Assembly (NCBI GenBank): GCA_963789075.1
Contig: CAWBJQ010000014.1
Location: forward strand, 332,632 to 396,631
Direction of reading: 5' to 3'
From: an uncultured Acidobacteriota bacterium
GTDB lineage: Bacteria > Acidobacteriota > Vicinamibacteria > Vicinamibacterales > CAVVIG01
DNA length: 64,000 bases
Under the pieces are notes generated by a model, which was not told the origin of the DNA, made no database searches, and saw nothing but the letters and a program-made list of their open reading frames with translations. Made by a program: the position numbers and the translations under genes. Within the stretch, counting starts at the first letter, position 1; every line of letters begins with the position of its first letter. Shown here piece by piece: positions 1 to 7,474 of the stretch.

Positions 1-237
1 CGAGTTGGGAGCGGGTCGGGCCGCGTTGGCCGCTCGGCCGCGTCGAGGCAATTACAGGCAGGTGCGATCGAGCTCGCGGTTCGAGCGCACGTGCGGCACG
101 TGCACACTCGATACGACGAGCTGCTCGCGCACGGCGTGGCGCGAGAGGACGCTCGCGCTCATGTGGCCGCCTCTGTGGCGCAGTGCCTCGAAACGTGGGA
201 GCGCGGCGAGGTCATGGATAAGGACTATGGATCCTGA
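1..237 (+). CDS. partial CDS (3' end) of a conserved hypothetical protein, DUF2293-like C-terminus
   Basis: Frame 1 is open from the window edge to TGA 235-237. There is no start in the window, so it is absent from the ORF track. The tail ...AIELAVRAHVRHVHTRYDELLAHGVAREDARAHVAASVAQCLETWERGEVMDKDYGS reads like a genuine conserved C-terminus; the DUF2293 resemblance is from memory. It overlaps the next start by 11 nt. Confidence 0.4.
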   Translation, partial: RVGSGSGRVGRSAASRQLQAGAIELAVRAHVRHVHTRYDELLAHGVAREDARAHVAASVAQCLETWERGEVMDKDYGS

Positions 238-610
238 CGCCTTCCGGCGCATCGCGCTGGGAATGGAGCACGCCGCCGAAGGGGCGCACATGGGACACCC
301 CGACTTCAGGGTCAACAACAAGATCTTCGCGACGATCCATCCGGATCATGAGTCTGGGATGGTCAAGCTCACGACCGACCAACAGCGGAAGCTGGTGCAG
401 GATTATCCTGCTTCCTTCGCCCCGGAGAACGGAGCATGGGGGCGCGCGGGATGCACGCGCGTGCACCTGGCGTCGGTCGACGAAGACACGCTCGGCGAGG
501 CGATGACGCTCGCCTGGCAGAATATCGCCAGGAGCGTTGTCGCCCGGCGCTCCAGACCTCAGCGCTCCAAACCTCAACGGCCCGCCAAACGCCCCTCGCG
601 CAAGCGCTGA
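227..610 (+). CDS. MmcQ/YjbR family DNA-binding protein
   Basis: ATG 227 lies inside ORF 5..610, whose track start is TTG. MDPDAFRRIALGMEHAAEGAHMGHPDFRVNNKIFATIHPD...LTTDQQRKLV is the typical YjbR/MmcQ pattern. The tail is basic and R/K/P-rich. Confidence 0.8.
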   Translation: MDPDAFRRIALGMEHAAEGAHMGHPDFRVNNKIFATIHPDHESGMVKLTTDQQRKLVQDYPASFAPENGAWGRAGCTRVHLASVDEDTLGEAMTLAWQNIARSVVARRSRPQRSKPQRPAKRPSRKR

Positions 611-688
611 GTCCGCGTTTCAGGGTGCGACCCGCCTTGGTGCGAAAGTCGGCCGCCGCGGGTATGCTCTGCATAGCGGTGCTCTGCA

Positions 689-2053
689 ATGGCTCGATGC
701 CGCCTAGGCAGTCTGTTGACGTTTGGCTTGACGTTCGGCCTCGCTGCCGCGCTCGCCGCCGCGCAGGCCCGCGAGCCCAGCGCGAGCCCCGCGCCGGTGG
801 TGTACGCGGCTGATGTCGACAGCATCATTCATCCGGTCTCCGCCGAGTACATGATCGCGACGATGGACCGGGCCGACCACGCCGGCGCAACCCTCGTCGT
901 CTTCACGCTTCGCACGCCCGGCGGTCTCGTCGACTCCACACACAGCATCGTCACTCACATGCTGGCGGCCAGGACGCCAGTGGCGATCTTCGTCGCGCCC
1001 TCTGGCGCGCGCGCTGCTTCGGCCGGGTTCCTGCTCACGATCGCCGCCGACATCGCCGCCATGGCACCGGGCACGCACATTGGCGCCGCGCATCCGGTCG
1101 CCGGCGCCGGCGAAAAAGTAGACGAGACTCTGGCCAAGAAGGCCGCGGCAGATGTCGCGGCCTTTGCCCGGACGCTCGCCAGCCGCCGCCATCGGAACGT
1201 GCAGCTCGCAGACGAGGCGGTCACCCAGAGCCGCGCCTTCACCGAGCAGGAGGCGCTGACGGCGTCGCCTCCGCTGATCGATCTCGTCGCCGCCGACGTC
1301 TCCGAGTTGCTGCGACGATTGGACGGCCGGACCATCACGCGCTTCGACGGCGCCTCAATCGTCCTGCGGACCGCGGGCGCGCGGGTTGTGTCGATCGAGA
1401 TGAATTGGCGACAGCGGCTGCTCAGCACGATCGCAGATCCGAACGTGGCATACATCCTCATGAGCCTCGGCATGCTCGGGCTGACGATCGAGCTGTGGAG
1501 CCCTGGCGCGGTGCTGCCTGGCGTCGCGGGTGGACTCTGCCTGCTCCTGGCATTCTTTGCCTTCCAGATCCTCCCGGTGAACGGCGCAGGCCTGTTGTTG
1601 ATCCTGTTCGGATTGTCGCTGCTGGTGCTCGAGGTCAAGGTCGCCAGCTACGGACTGCTCACAACCGGTGGCTTGGCGAGCCTGACCGTCGGATCGATGA
1701 TTCTCATGGACTCGTCGGCCCCGGAGCTTCAGGTGAGCCTCCGGCTGGTGCTGCCGATTGTCTTCGGGGTCGGCGGCATTGCCGCGTTCCTCGCCAGGCT
1801 GGCGTTCGTCTCGCAGCGCCAGCGTCCGGCCGCGGACGCGGGCGGGATGATCGGCGCGGTGGGCGTTGCGCTCACTGCCATCGAGCGCGGACAGACGGGG
1901 CGTGTGATGATGCGCGGCGAGATCTGGACCGCGACTGCGGCGGAGCCGATCGCCGAAGGTCACGCCGTTGTCGCTACCGATGTTCACGGTCTCACGTTGA
2001 CCGTCCGGCGGCACGATGCGGTTCTTCGTCCTGGCCAGGATCCGGTCGACTAA
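689..2053 (+). CDS. NfeD family membrane-bound serine protease (ClpP class)
   Basis: ORF 689..2053 starts at ATG. It has a signal peptide and a ClpP-like region (TPGGLVDS...ASAGFLLTIAADIAAMAPGTHIGAAHP). Several TM helices follow, then a C-terminal NfeD OB-fold (GRVMMRGEIWTA). It sits directly upstream of an SPFH gene, the classic NfeD-stomatin pair. Confidence 0.9.
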   Translation: MARCRLGSLLTFGLTFGLAAALAAAQAREPSASPAPVVYAADVDSIIHPVSAEYMIATMDRADHAGATLVVFTLRTPGGLVDSTHSIVTHMLAARTPVAIFVAPSGARAASAGFLLTIAADIAAMAPGTHIGAAHPVAGAGEKVDETLAKKAAADVAAFARTLASRRHRNVQLADEAVTQSRAFTEQEALTASPPLIDLVAADVSELLRRLDGRTITRFDGASIVLRTAGARVVSIEMNWRQRLLSTIADPNVAYILMSLGMLGLTIELWSPGAVLPGVAGGLCLLLAFFAFQILPVNGAGLLLILFGLSLLVLEVKVASYGLLTTGGLASLTVGSMILMDSSAPELQVSLRLVLPIVFGVGGIAAFLARLAFVSQRQRPAADAGGMIGAVGVALTAIERGQTGRVMMRGEIWTATAAEPIAEGHAVVATDVHGLTLTVRRHDAVLRPGQDPVD

Positions 2054-2074
2054 TCGGGGGCGCAGAGACACACC

Positions 2075-2853
2075 ATGGTGACTGACATGCTGCTGATGCC
2101 AACGGCGATCGTCGTGTTCATCGTTCTGGTCTGGCTGTTCAACTGCCTGAACATCATGCGGGAGTACGAGCGCGCCGTCGTCTTCCGCCTGGGGCGGGTG
2201 TTGAAGAGAGAAAAGGGACCGGGCCTCGTTCTCATCCTCTGGCCGATCGACAAGATCGTCAAAGTCTCGCTGCGGGTCGTGACGTGGGACGTTCCGCCGC
2301 AGGACGTCATCACCCGCGACAACGTCTCGCTGAAGGTGAACGCGGTCGTCTATTTCCGAGTCGTCAGCGCCACCAAGGCGGTCGATCGAAGTCGAGAACT
2401 TCCGGTATGCGGTGGAGCAGGCGGCGCAGACCGGTCTCCGATCGGTGCTCGGAGAAGTGGAGCTGGACGATCTGCTCGCTCAGCGGGAGAAGCTGAATTC
2501 CCGCCTGCAGACGATCCTCGACGAACACACGGAGGCATGGGGCGTCAAGGTCACGCAAGTTCAGGTCAAGCAAGTCGATCTGCCACAGGAGATGCAGCGA
2601 GCCATCGCGAAACAAGCCGAGGCCGAGCGCGAGCGGCGGGCCAAGATCATCGCGGCGGAAGGCGAGTTCCAGGCGGCGGCGAAGCTCGCCGAGGCGGCGG
2701 CGGTCCTCAACCGGGAGCCGGTGGCCGTTACGCTGCGCTATCTCCAGACGCTGATCGAGATCGGCACGGAGAAGAACACCACGATCGTGTTCCCGTTGCC
2801 GATCGATCTTGCTGGGAGGGTTGGGTACGGCCTTCGGCGGCGGAAGAAAGTAG
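2075..2853 (+). pseudogene. SPFH/band 7 (stomatin-like) protein, interrupted by two +1 frameshifts (possibly sequencing artefacts)
   Basis: ATG 2075 opens frame 2 with [56 protein letters not shown]. After ~2384 the protein continues in frame 0 with [38 protein letters not shown]...[17 protein letters not shown]...TIVFPLPID. After ~2808 it continues in frame 1 with [14 protein letters not shown] and stops at TAG 2851-2853. The span is 779 nt, which is 259 codons plus 2 extra bases. Confidence 0.85.
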
Positions 2854-2867
2854 GGACGTTGAGCCTT

Positions 2868-3473
2868 ATGTCGCGATTTGATTTTCTCGTCGACACCTAT
2901 CGTACGGAGCGCCTGAAGACCCTCAGCGTCTGGTCCCAGATCCCAGACACGCAGATGCAGTTCCGCCCGGAGCCGCGCGCCCGCTCACCGCTCGAGCACA
3001 TGGTGCACCAATGCCTCAGCGAAGACGGCTGGATGCGGACGATGCTCGGCATCACGGTCAGCGGGCCTGCGCTGCCGGCCACTGAAGCGCGCCTCGATTT
3101 CCTGGACCGCTACACGGCGTGTTCGACCGAGCGGCTGTCGGCGCTCGAGGAAAAGCCGGACGCGTGGTTCGAGGGGGCGACACCGTTCTTCGAAACGGCG
3201 CGGTCGCGTGCGTGGGTACTGACGCGCCGGTTCACGCACTCAGCGCACCATCGCGGGCAGCTGACGACGTATCTCCGGTTGTGGGGACAGCCGCTCTATT
3301 CCACTTATGGGCCGACTGCCGATACCGGCGGTCTCCCAGCAAACGGCTCGCGGGTGATCTACCGCTACCTGTCGATTGCTGATCTCCTCGAGCACGAATC
3401 AGCCGGCGGCTCGCCTCTGGCGCTGCCGGGACCCGGCGCGGCGCCGCCAACGGAACGTCCCGACAAGCGATGA
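2868..3473 (+). CDS. DinB family protein
   Basis: ATG 2868 is in frame within ORF 2412..3473. [19 protein letters not shown]...[16 protein letters not shown]...[17 protein letters not shown] shows a DinB/YfiT-type helical-bundle His pattern. Confidence 0.8.
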   Translation: MSRFDFLVDTYRTERLKTLSVWSQIPDTQMQFRPEPRARSPLEHMVHQCLSEDGWMRTMLGITVSGPALPATEARLDFLDRYTACSTERLSALEEKPDAWFEGATPFFETARSRAWVLTRRFTHSAHHRGQLTTYLRLWGQPLYSTYGPTADTGGLPANGSRVIYRYLSIADLLEHESAGGSPLALPGPGAAPPTERPDKR

Positions 3474-3537
3474 TTGCCACGAGTTCCCGCGCTGCGAAAT
3501 CACGGTAAGTGTTCGCCTTCCGAGCGGACCGCATAGA

Positions 3538-3972
3538 ATGACGGCGGGGGATCTCATGACACGGCGCCTGATCAGCACGGGTTCGACCTTCGAGCGCGAC
3601 ATCGGCTACTCGCGCGCCGTCGTGGACGGCGAATGGATCTTCGTCTCCGGCACCACTGGCTTCGACTATGCCGCGATGCGCATCTCAGACGACGTGGTGG
3701 AGCAGACGGAGCAATGCCTGAAAAATATCCAGTCGGCGCTCGCCGAAGCGGGAGCGAGCCTCGAGGATGTGGTGCGCGTCCACTACATCCTCCCGAACGC
3801 CGCCGACTTTCCGAGCTGCTGGCCGACCCTGCGCAAGTACTTCGGCGACATCCGTCCGGCGGCGACCATGATCGCGGCGGGGCTCGCCGACCCGCGCATG
3901 CGGATTGAAATCGAAGTGACCGCGCGCCGGCACCTGATTGGCCGTCCGAGCCACGCCACAGGTGCGCTATGA
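3538..3972 (+). CDS. RidA (YjgF/YER057c/UK114) family protein
   Basis: ATG 3538 (alternative 3556) lies in ORF 3376..3972. The supporting sequence is STFERDIGYSRAVVDGEWIFVSGTTG...EQTEQCLKNIQSALAEAGASLEDVVRVHYIL...RIEIEVTA. Confidence 0.85.
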   Translation: MTAGDLMTRRLISTGSTFERDIGYSRAVVDGEWIFVSGTTGFDYAAMRISDDVVEQTEQCLKNIQSALAEAGASLEDVVRVHYILPNAADFPSCWPTLRKYFGDIRPAATMIAAGLADPRMRIEIEVTARRHLIGRPSHATGAL

Positions 3973-4004
3973 TTCGCTCGACTGTTCGTACACGGGAGAC
4001 ATTC

Positions 4005-4844
4005 ATGCGCCGGATTCTGTTCTTTTTCGTCCTTCTGTTCGCGCTGCCGTCCCGCGCGTTCGCTACATGGTCGGTCATCGCCGTCGACCGCGCCACCGCC
4101 CGCGTCGTCATCGCGTCTGCGACGTGCGTCGATCAGAACGATCAGTTCCTGATGGGCGTACAGGCCGTGCTGGTGCCGGGTAAAGGGGTGGCTGCGTGTC
4201 AGGCCGCCGTGGATGGCACGCATCAGAATCAGATGCTCGTGTTTCAGGAGCTGCAGAAGGGGACTGACCCGCAGCAGATTATTGAAATGCTCAGCAAAGA
4301 TCCGGCCTATCAGAGCCGGCAGTTTGGCATTCTCGATCTACAGGGGCGTCATGCCGGGCACTCAGGGCTGACCAATGGCTACGTCTCGCAGGACATTCAA
4401 GGCCAGGTGCCTGGCACCGAAATCTTCTATTCGATTCAGGGCAACATCCTGAGGCCCGGTGAGGTCGTGCCGCACGGCGTGCAGGCGTTCCTGAACACGA
4501 AGGGCGCGATCACCGATCGCGTGATGGCGGCGATGGAGGCGGCCGACGGATCGGGCGGCGACAGCCGCTGCACATGCCCGCCCTGGCCGGCGGACGGATT
4601 GAAGCCGGCGATTCCCTGCGATGAAAAGACCGCGCACGTCGCCTACATTTTGATGGCGGAGAAGACCGACACGAACGGCGACTCGCATAACAACGGGAAG
4701 TACGCGATGTACATCACCGTGTCGCAGCCGGGTCCCGATCACGGGCCGAACACGATCAAGCCGGGCGAAAATCTGAATCCGGTCAAGACTCTCCGCATGC
4801 GCTACGACGCGTGGCGCAAGGCGCAGCCCGCATCGTTCAAATAA
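4005..4844 (+). CDS. DUF1028 family (Ntn-hydrolase fold) secreted protein
   Basis: ATG 4005 starts the signal peptide MRRILFFFVLLFALPSRAFA. TWSVIAVD follows, giving an N-terminal Thr after cleavage. The DUF1028-like core includes QFGILDLQGRHAGHSG...SIQGNIL...RVMAAMEAADGSGGD. A paralogue lies at 26927. Confidence 0.85.
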   Translation: MRRILFFFVLLFALPSRAFATWSVIAVDRATARVVIASATCVDQNDQFLMGVQAVLVPGKGVAACQAAVDGTHQNQMLVFQELQKGTDPQQIIEMLSKDPAYQSRQFGILDLQGRHAGHSGLTNGYVSQDIQGQVPGTEIFYSIQGNILRPGEVVPHGVQAFLNTKGAITDRVMAAMEAADGSGGDSRCTCPPWPADGLKPAIPCDEKTAHVAYILMAEKTDTNGDSHNNGKYAMYITVSQPGPDHGPNTIKPGENLNPVKTLRMRYDAWRKAQPASFK

Positions 4845-5107
4845 AGCCGTCCGGCGAACACCGGACACTACGACGATGTGAAAACGGCTGGAGAGCGCCA
4901 GACGCTGAGCCCGAGGAGCTGATGAAATGCGATTCGTACGAGTGATGTTTGTGCTGCTGACCGCCGGTGTGACGTTCGTCGCGGCGGCGCCGCAGACGCC
5001 GGCCGCTAACGGCGCCGCGGCGGGGCAGCGCGGTGCGCAGCCGCCGGCTGCGCCCGGGCGGTCAACGCGGAGGGGGAGGCGGCCGCGGCCGCGGCGCTGT
5101 GCAGGTG

Positions 5108-5593
5108 ATGACGCTCGCATCGCCGGCATGGCCGGACGGCGCGGAGATTCCGGCCAAGTACACACAGGCCGGAGCGGAAGTGTCGCCGCCACTGACCTGG
5201 AGTCATGTGCCGGAAGGCATCACGAGCTTTGCGCTCGTCGCGCACGACGTCGATGCAGCCATCGGCAATGGCACCGACGATCTCCTGCAGTGGATGCTCT
5301 GGAACATCCCCGCGGCGGCGACGAGCCTTCCGGAGCATGTGCCGGGCATCGCTCAGCTTTCCGACGGTACTCGTCAAATCAGCGCGACCGGTCCGTACTA
5401 CAGAGGCCCAGGTGCGCTCGCCGACGGCCCGGCCCATCACTACGTCTTCGAGCTCTTTGCGCTCGACGCGATGGTCGATGTGCCGGCGGTCGGCGCCTCG
5501 CCGCCGCAAACGCGAGCGGCCGTGATCGCCGCCATGGCGGGACACATCCGCGGCAAAGCCGTGTACACGGGGTTGTTCAAGTTTCGCCCCTGA
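5108..5593 (+). CDS. YbhB/YbcL family Raf-kinase-inhibitor-like (PEBP) protein
   Basis: ATG 5108 lies in ORF 5033..5593, whose track start is GTG. The supporting sequence is MTLASPAWPDGAEIPAKYTQAG...SFALVAHDVDAA...HHYVFELFALD...AAMAGHIRGKAVYTGLFK. An out-of-frame signal peptide at 4927 suggests the true gene may start there; see findings. Confidence 0.8.
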   Translation: MTLASPAWPDGAEIPAKYTQAGAEVSPPLTWSHVPEGITSFALVAHDVDAAIGNGTDDLLQWMLWNIPAAATSLPEHVPGIAQLSDGTRQISATGPYYRGPGALADGPAHHYVFELFALDAMVDVPAVGASPPQTRAAVIAAMAGHIRGKAVYTGLFKFRP

Positions 5594-5650
5594 CAACCGG
5601 GAACCTCTCTCGCCCGTCTAACGTATCGATCAGAGCGGGTTGGAGGCGAT

Positions 5651-5818
5651 ATGTCGTTTTTGAAACGTTTGCTGGGTAAGAGCACCGAACCGAAGCAGCG
5701 TATTCGCATCTGCGTCGAATGCGGCATGCCGATCGCCGAGCACAAGGAATGGTGCTCGATTGCGCGCGGCGAGATCGAGATGAAGCTGAAATCTGCGGCC
5801 CCCTCGCCCCAATCCTGA
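5651..5818 (+). CDS. small hypothetical protein (55 aa, Cys-x2-Cys containing)
   Basis: This ORF is below the track's size cut-off. ATG 5651 is preceded by GGAGG (5643-5647). The product is MSFLKRLLGKSTEPKQRIRICVECGMPIAEHKEWCSIARGEIEMKLKSAAPSPQS and it stops at TGA 5816-5818. Confidence 0.45.
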   Translation: MSFLKRLLGKSTEPKQRIRICVECGMPIAEHKEWCSIARGEIEMKLKSAAPSPQS

Positions 5819-5850
5819 CGCCCGCTAGTCCGTCGCGGCTGATGTAGACT

Positions 5851-5890
5851 CCTCTCCGTGCCTTGCCATGGACGGTCGGGCACGGAGAGG
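5851..5890 (+). promoter_or_regulatory. 12-bp perfect stem-loop that sequesters the SD-like GGAGAGGGGG upstream of the VOC gene
   Basis: CCTCTCCGTGCC (5851-5862) pairs perfectly with GGCACGGAGAGG (5879-5890) around a 16-nt loop. The 3' arm overlaps the purine-rich stretch 5884-5893, which ends 8 nt before ATG 5902. There is no U-tract. Confidence 0.5.
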
Positions 5891-5901
5891 GGGACGCCTC
5901 G

Positions 5902-6283
5902 ATGATTGTCGGCGCGCACATTCTCCTGTACAGCAAAGATCCAGAGGCCGATCGCGCGTTCTTCCGCGATGTCCTGCAGTTCCGCGCCGTGGACATCGGC
6001 CGCGGCTGGCTGATTTTCAAGCTGCCGCCGGCGGAAGCGGCGGTCCATCCTTCCAGCGGTGAATTCGCGCAGCGCCATAGCGGCCATGATTTGATGGGGT
6101 CGCTGATGTATCTGATGTGCGACGACCTCGCCGCGACCGATTGCGTCGCTGCGCGGACAGGACGTCGCCTGTTCGGAGGTCACCGAAGAGCCGTGGGGGA
6201 TCAAAACGACGATCCGCCTGCCGAGCGGGTCCGAAATCGGGCTGTACCAGCCGACGCATCCCACGGCGCTCGCGCTCGGCTGA
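5902..6283 (+). pseudogene. VOC/glyoxalase-bleomycin resistance family protein, one +1 frameshift (~6139)
   Basis: ATG 5902 opens frame 1 with MIVGAHILLYSKDPEADRAFFRDVLQFRAVDIGRGWLIFKLPPAEAAVHP...LMYLMCDDLAAT. An extra base follows at ~6139. Frame 2 then reads IASLRGQDVACSEVTEEPWGIKTTIRLPSGSEIGLYQPTHPTALALG and stops at TGA 6281-6283. The span is 382 nt, which is 127 codons plus 1 base. Confidence 0.8.
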
Positions 6284-6328
6284 AGCGTTCGCGCTACACG
6301 GAGTCGCAAACGCCATTAAACTGAGCGC

Positions 6329-6923
6329 ATGCACCCGCGCATTGACGAGCTGCTGACCTACCTCGACGCGCAACGCGCCCTGCTCCGCAGCGTGGTCGAT
6401 GCCGTGCCGGCCGAATCGCGGGAGCGTCCAGCCGGCGGCCGGCGAATGGTCGGTGGCAAATGTCCTGGAACATCTCGCGATCGTCGAGCAGCGCGTCGGC
6501 GCATTTCTATCGTCGATGATTGCTGCGGCGAAGGTCGACCGACTCGGTGCCGAAACGTCCTCAGAGCCGCTGCTGCCGTCGCTCGGCGTCGAGCGGGTGC
6601 TGAACCGGACGGAGAAGGTCACGGCGCCCGATTTGCTGCATCCGACCGGGCTGGACGCGGCGGCGGCGTGGGCCGCGCTCGAACAGGCGGGCGCCACGCT
6701 GCGCGACGCGGTGCGCTCCGGCGATGGCTTCGCGCTTGGCACGCTCATCCGGCCGCATCCCCTCTTCGGACCGATTTCGCTCTATCACTGGATCGCGTTC
6801 GCCGGCGCGCACGAGGCGCGCCATGCGGCGCAGATCAAGGCCATCGCGGCGTCGCTCTCGCACGCCGTAACCACATCCCGACACGGAGACTCCAGATGGA
6901 ACAGATCATTGCGCGACTGCTGA
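6329..6923 (+). pseudogene. DinB family protein, one +1 frameshift (~6428-6434)
   Basis: ATG 6329 opens frame 2 with MHPRIDELLTYLDAQRALLRSVVDAVPAESRER. Frame 0 continues with (Q)PAAGEWSVANVLEHLAIVEQRVGAF...LYHWIAFAGAHEARHAAQIKAI. That is the DinB His-triad pattern split across two frames. Confidence 0.75.
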
Positions 6924-7453
6924 AGGATTTCGAAGACGGCAAGATGAACCGTCGTCAGCTCATTCAGGGCATGGCGGTCGCCGCTGCGGCGGTCTGGGGT
7001 GGCGGCAGCGCGGCGGCGGCGGCTGAAGCCGGCAATGGCTTCAAGACGCTGAGCCTGGATCACATCTCGTATCAGGTCGCCGATTACCACCGGACGCGCG
7101 ACTTTTACTCGAACCTGATGGGCATGACCGTCTCCGACGACAACGGCAGCAGCCAATGCTTCCTGCACTTCGACGATGCGCTGCTGATCGCACGGAACAA
7201 GCGTCCGCGCCCCGGCGCGCCGGCAGATCCGAGCCCCAAACCGCTGGTCGATCACATCGCGTACAAAATCGACAATTGGGACACCGACACCGTGAAGAAG
7301 GAGCTCGAAAGCCGCGGGCTGACGCCGCGGATGGACACGAACGGTGGTCCGAACTACGTCAGCTTTCACGTGCAGGATCCGGACGGCTTCGACCTGCAGA
7401 TCAGCGGCCTCGCCAAGCCAGGCGACTCGCAGTACAAAAAACCGGGCGCTTAG
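6896..7453 (+). CDS. VOC family protein with twin-arginine signal
   Basis: ATG 6896 lies in the frame of ORF 6329..7453, with GGAGA 9 nt upstream. MEQIIARLLKDFEDGKMNRRQLIQGMAVAAAAVWGG is a Tat-like signal. The glyoxalase/VOC fold follows: LDHISYQVADYHRTRDFYSNLMGMTV...VDHIAYKIDNWD...YVSFHVQDPDGFDLQI. Confidence 0.8.
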   Translation: MEQIIARLLKDFEDGKMNRRQLIQGMAVAAAAVWGGGSAAAAAEAGNGFKTLSLDHISYQVADYHRTRDFYSNLMGMTVSDDNGSSQCFLHFDDALLIARNKRPRPGAPADPSPKPLVDHIAYKIDNWDTDTVKKELESRGLTPRMDTNGGPNYVSFHVQDPDGFDLQISGLAKPGDSQYKKPGA

Positions 7454-7474
7454 ACGGCCATCAGGAGACATACC

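Noticed and set aside
52-321. A minus-strand ORF (89 aa) at the window start.
   Set aside because: It is antisense to two better-supported + strand reading frames, the DUF2293-like tail and the MmcQ/YjbR gene. It has no recognisable features.
2412-3473. Apparent natural fusion of a stomatin C-terminal half to a DinB domain.
   Set aside because: Shifting one base at ~2808 gives a natural stomatin C-terminus and a TAG stop 14 nt before a DinB ATG. The fusion is a by-product of a frameshift.
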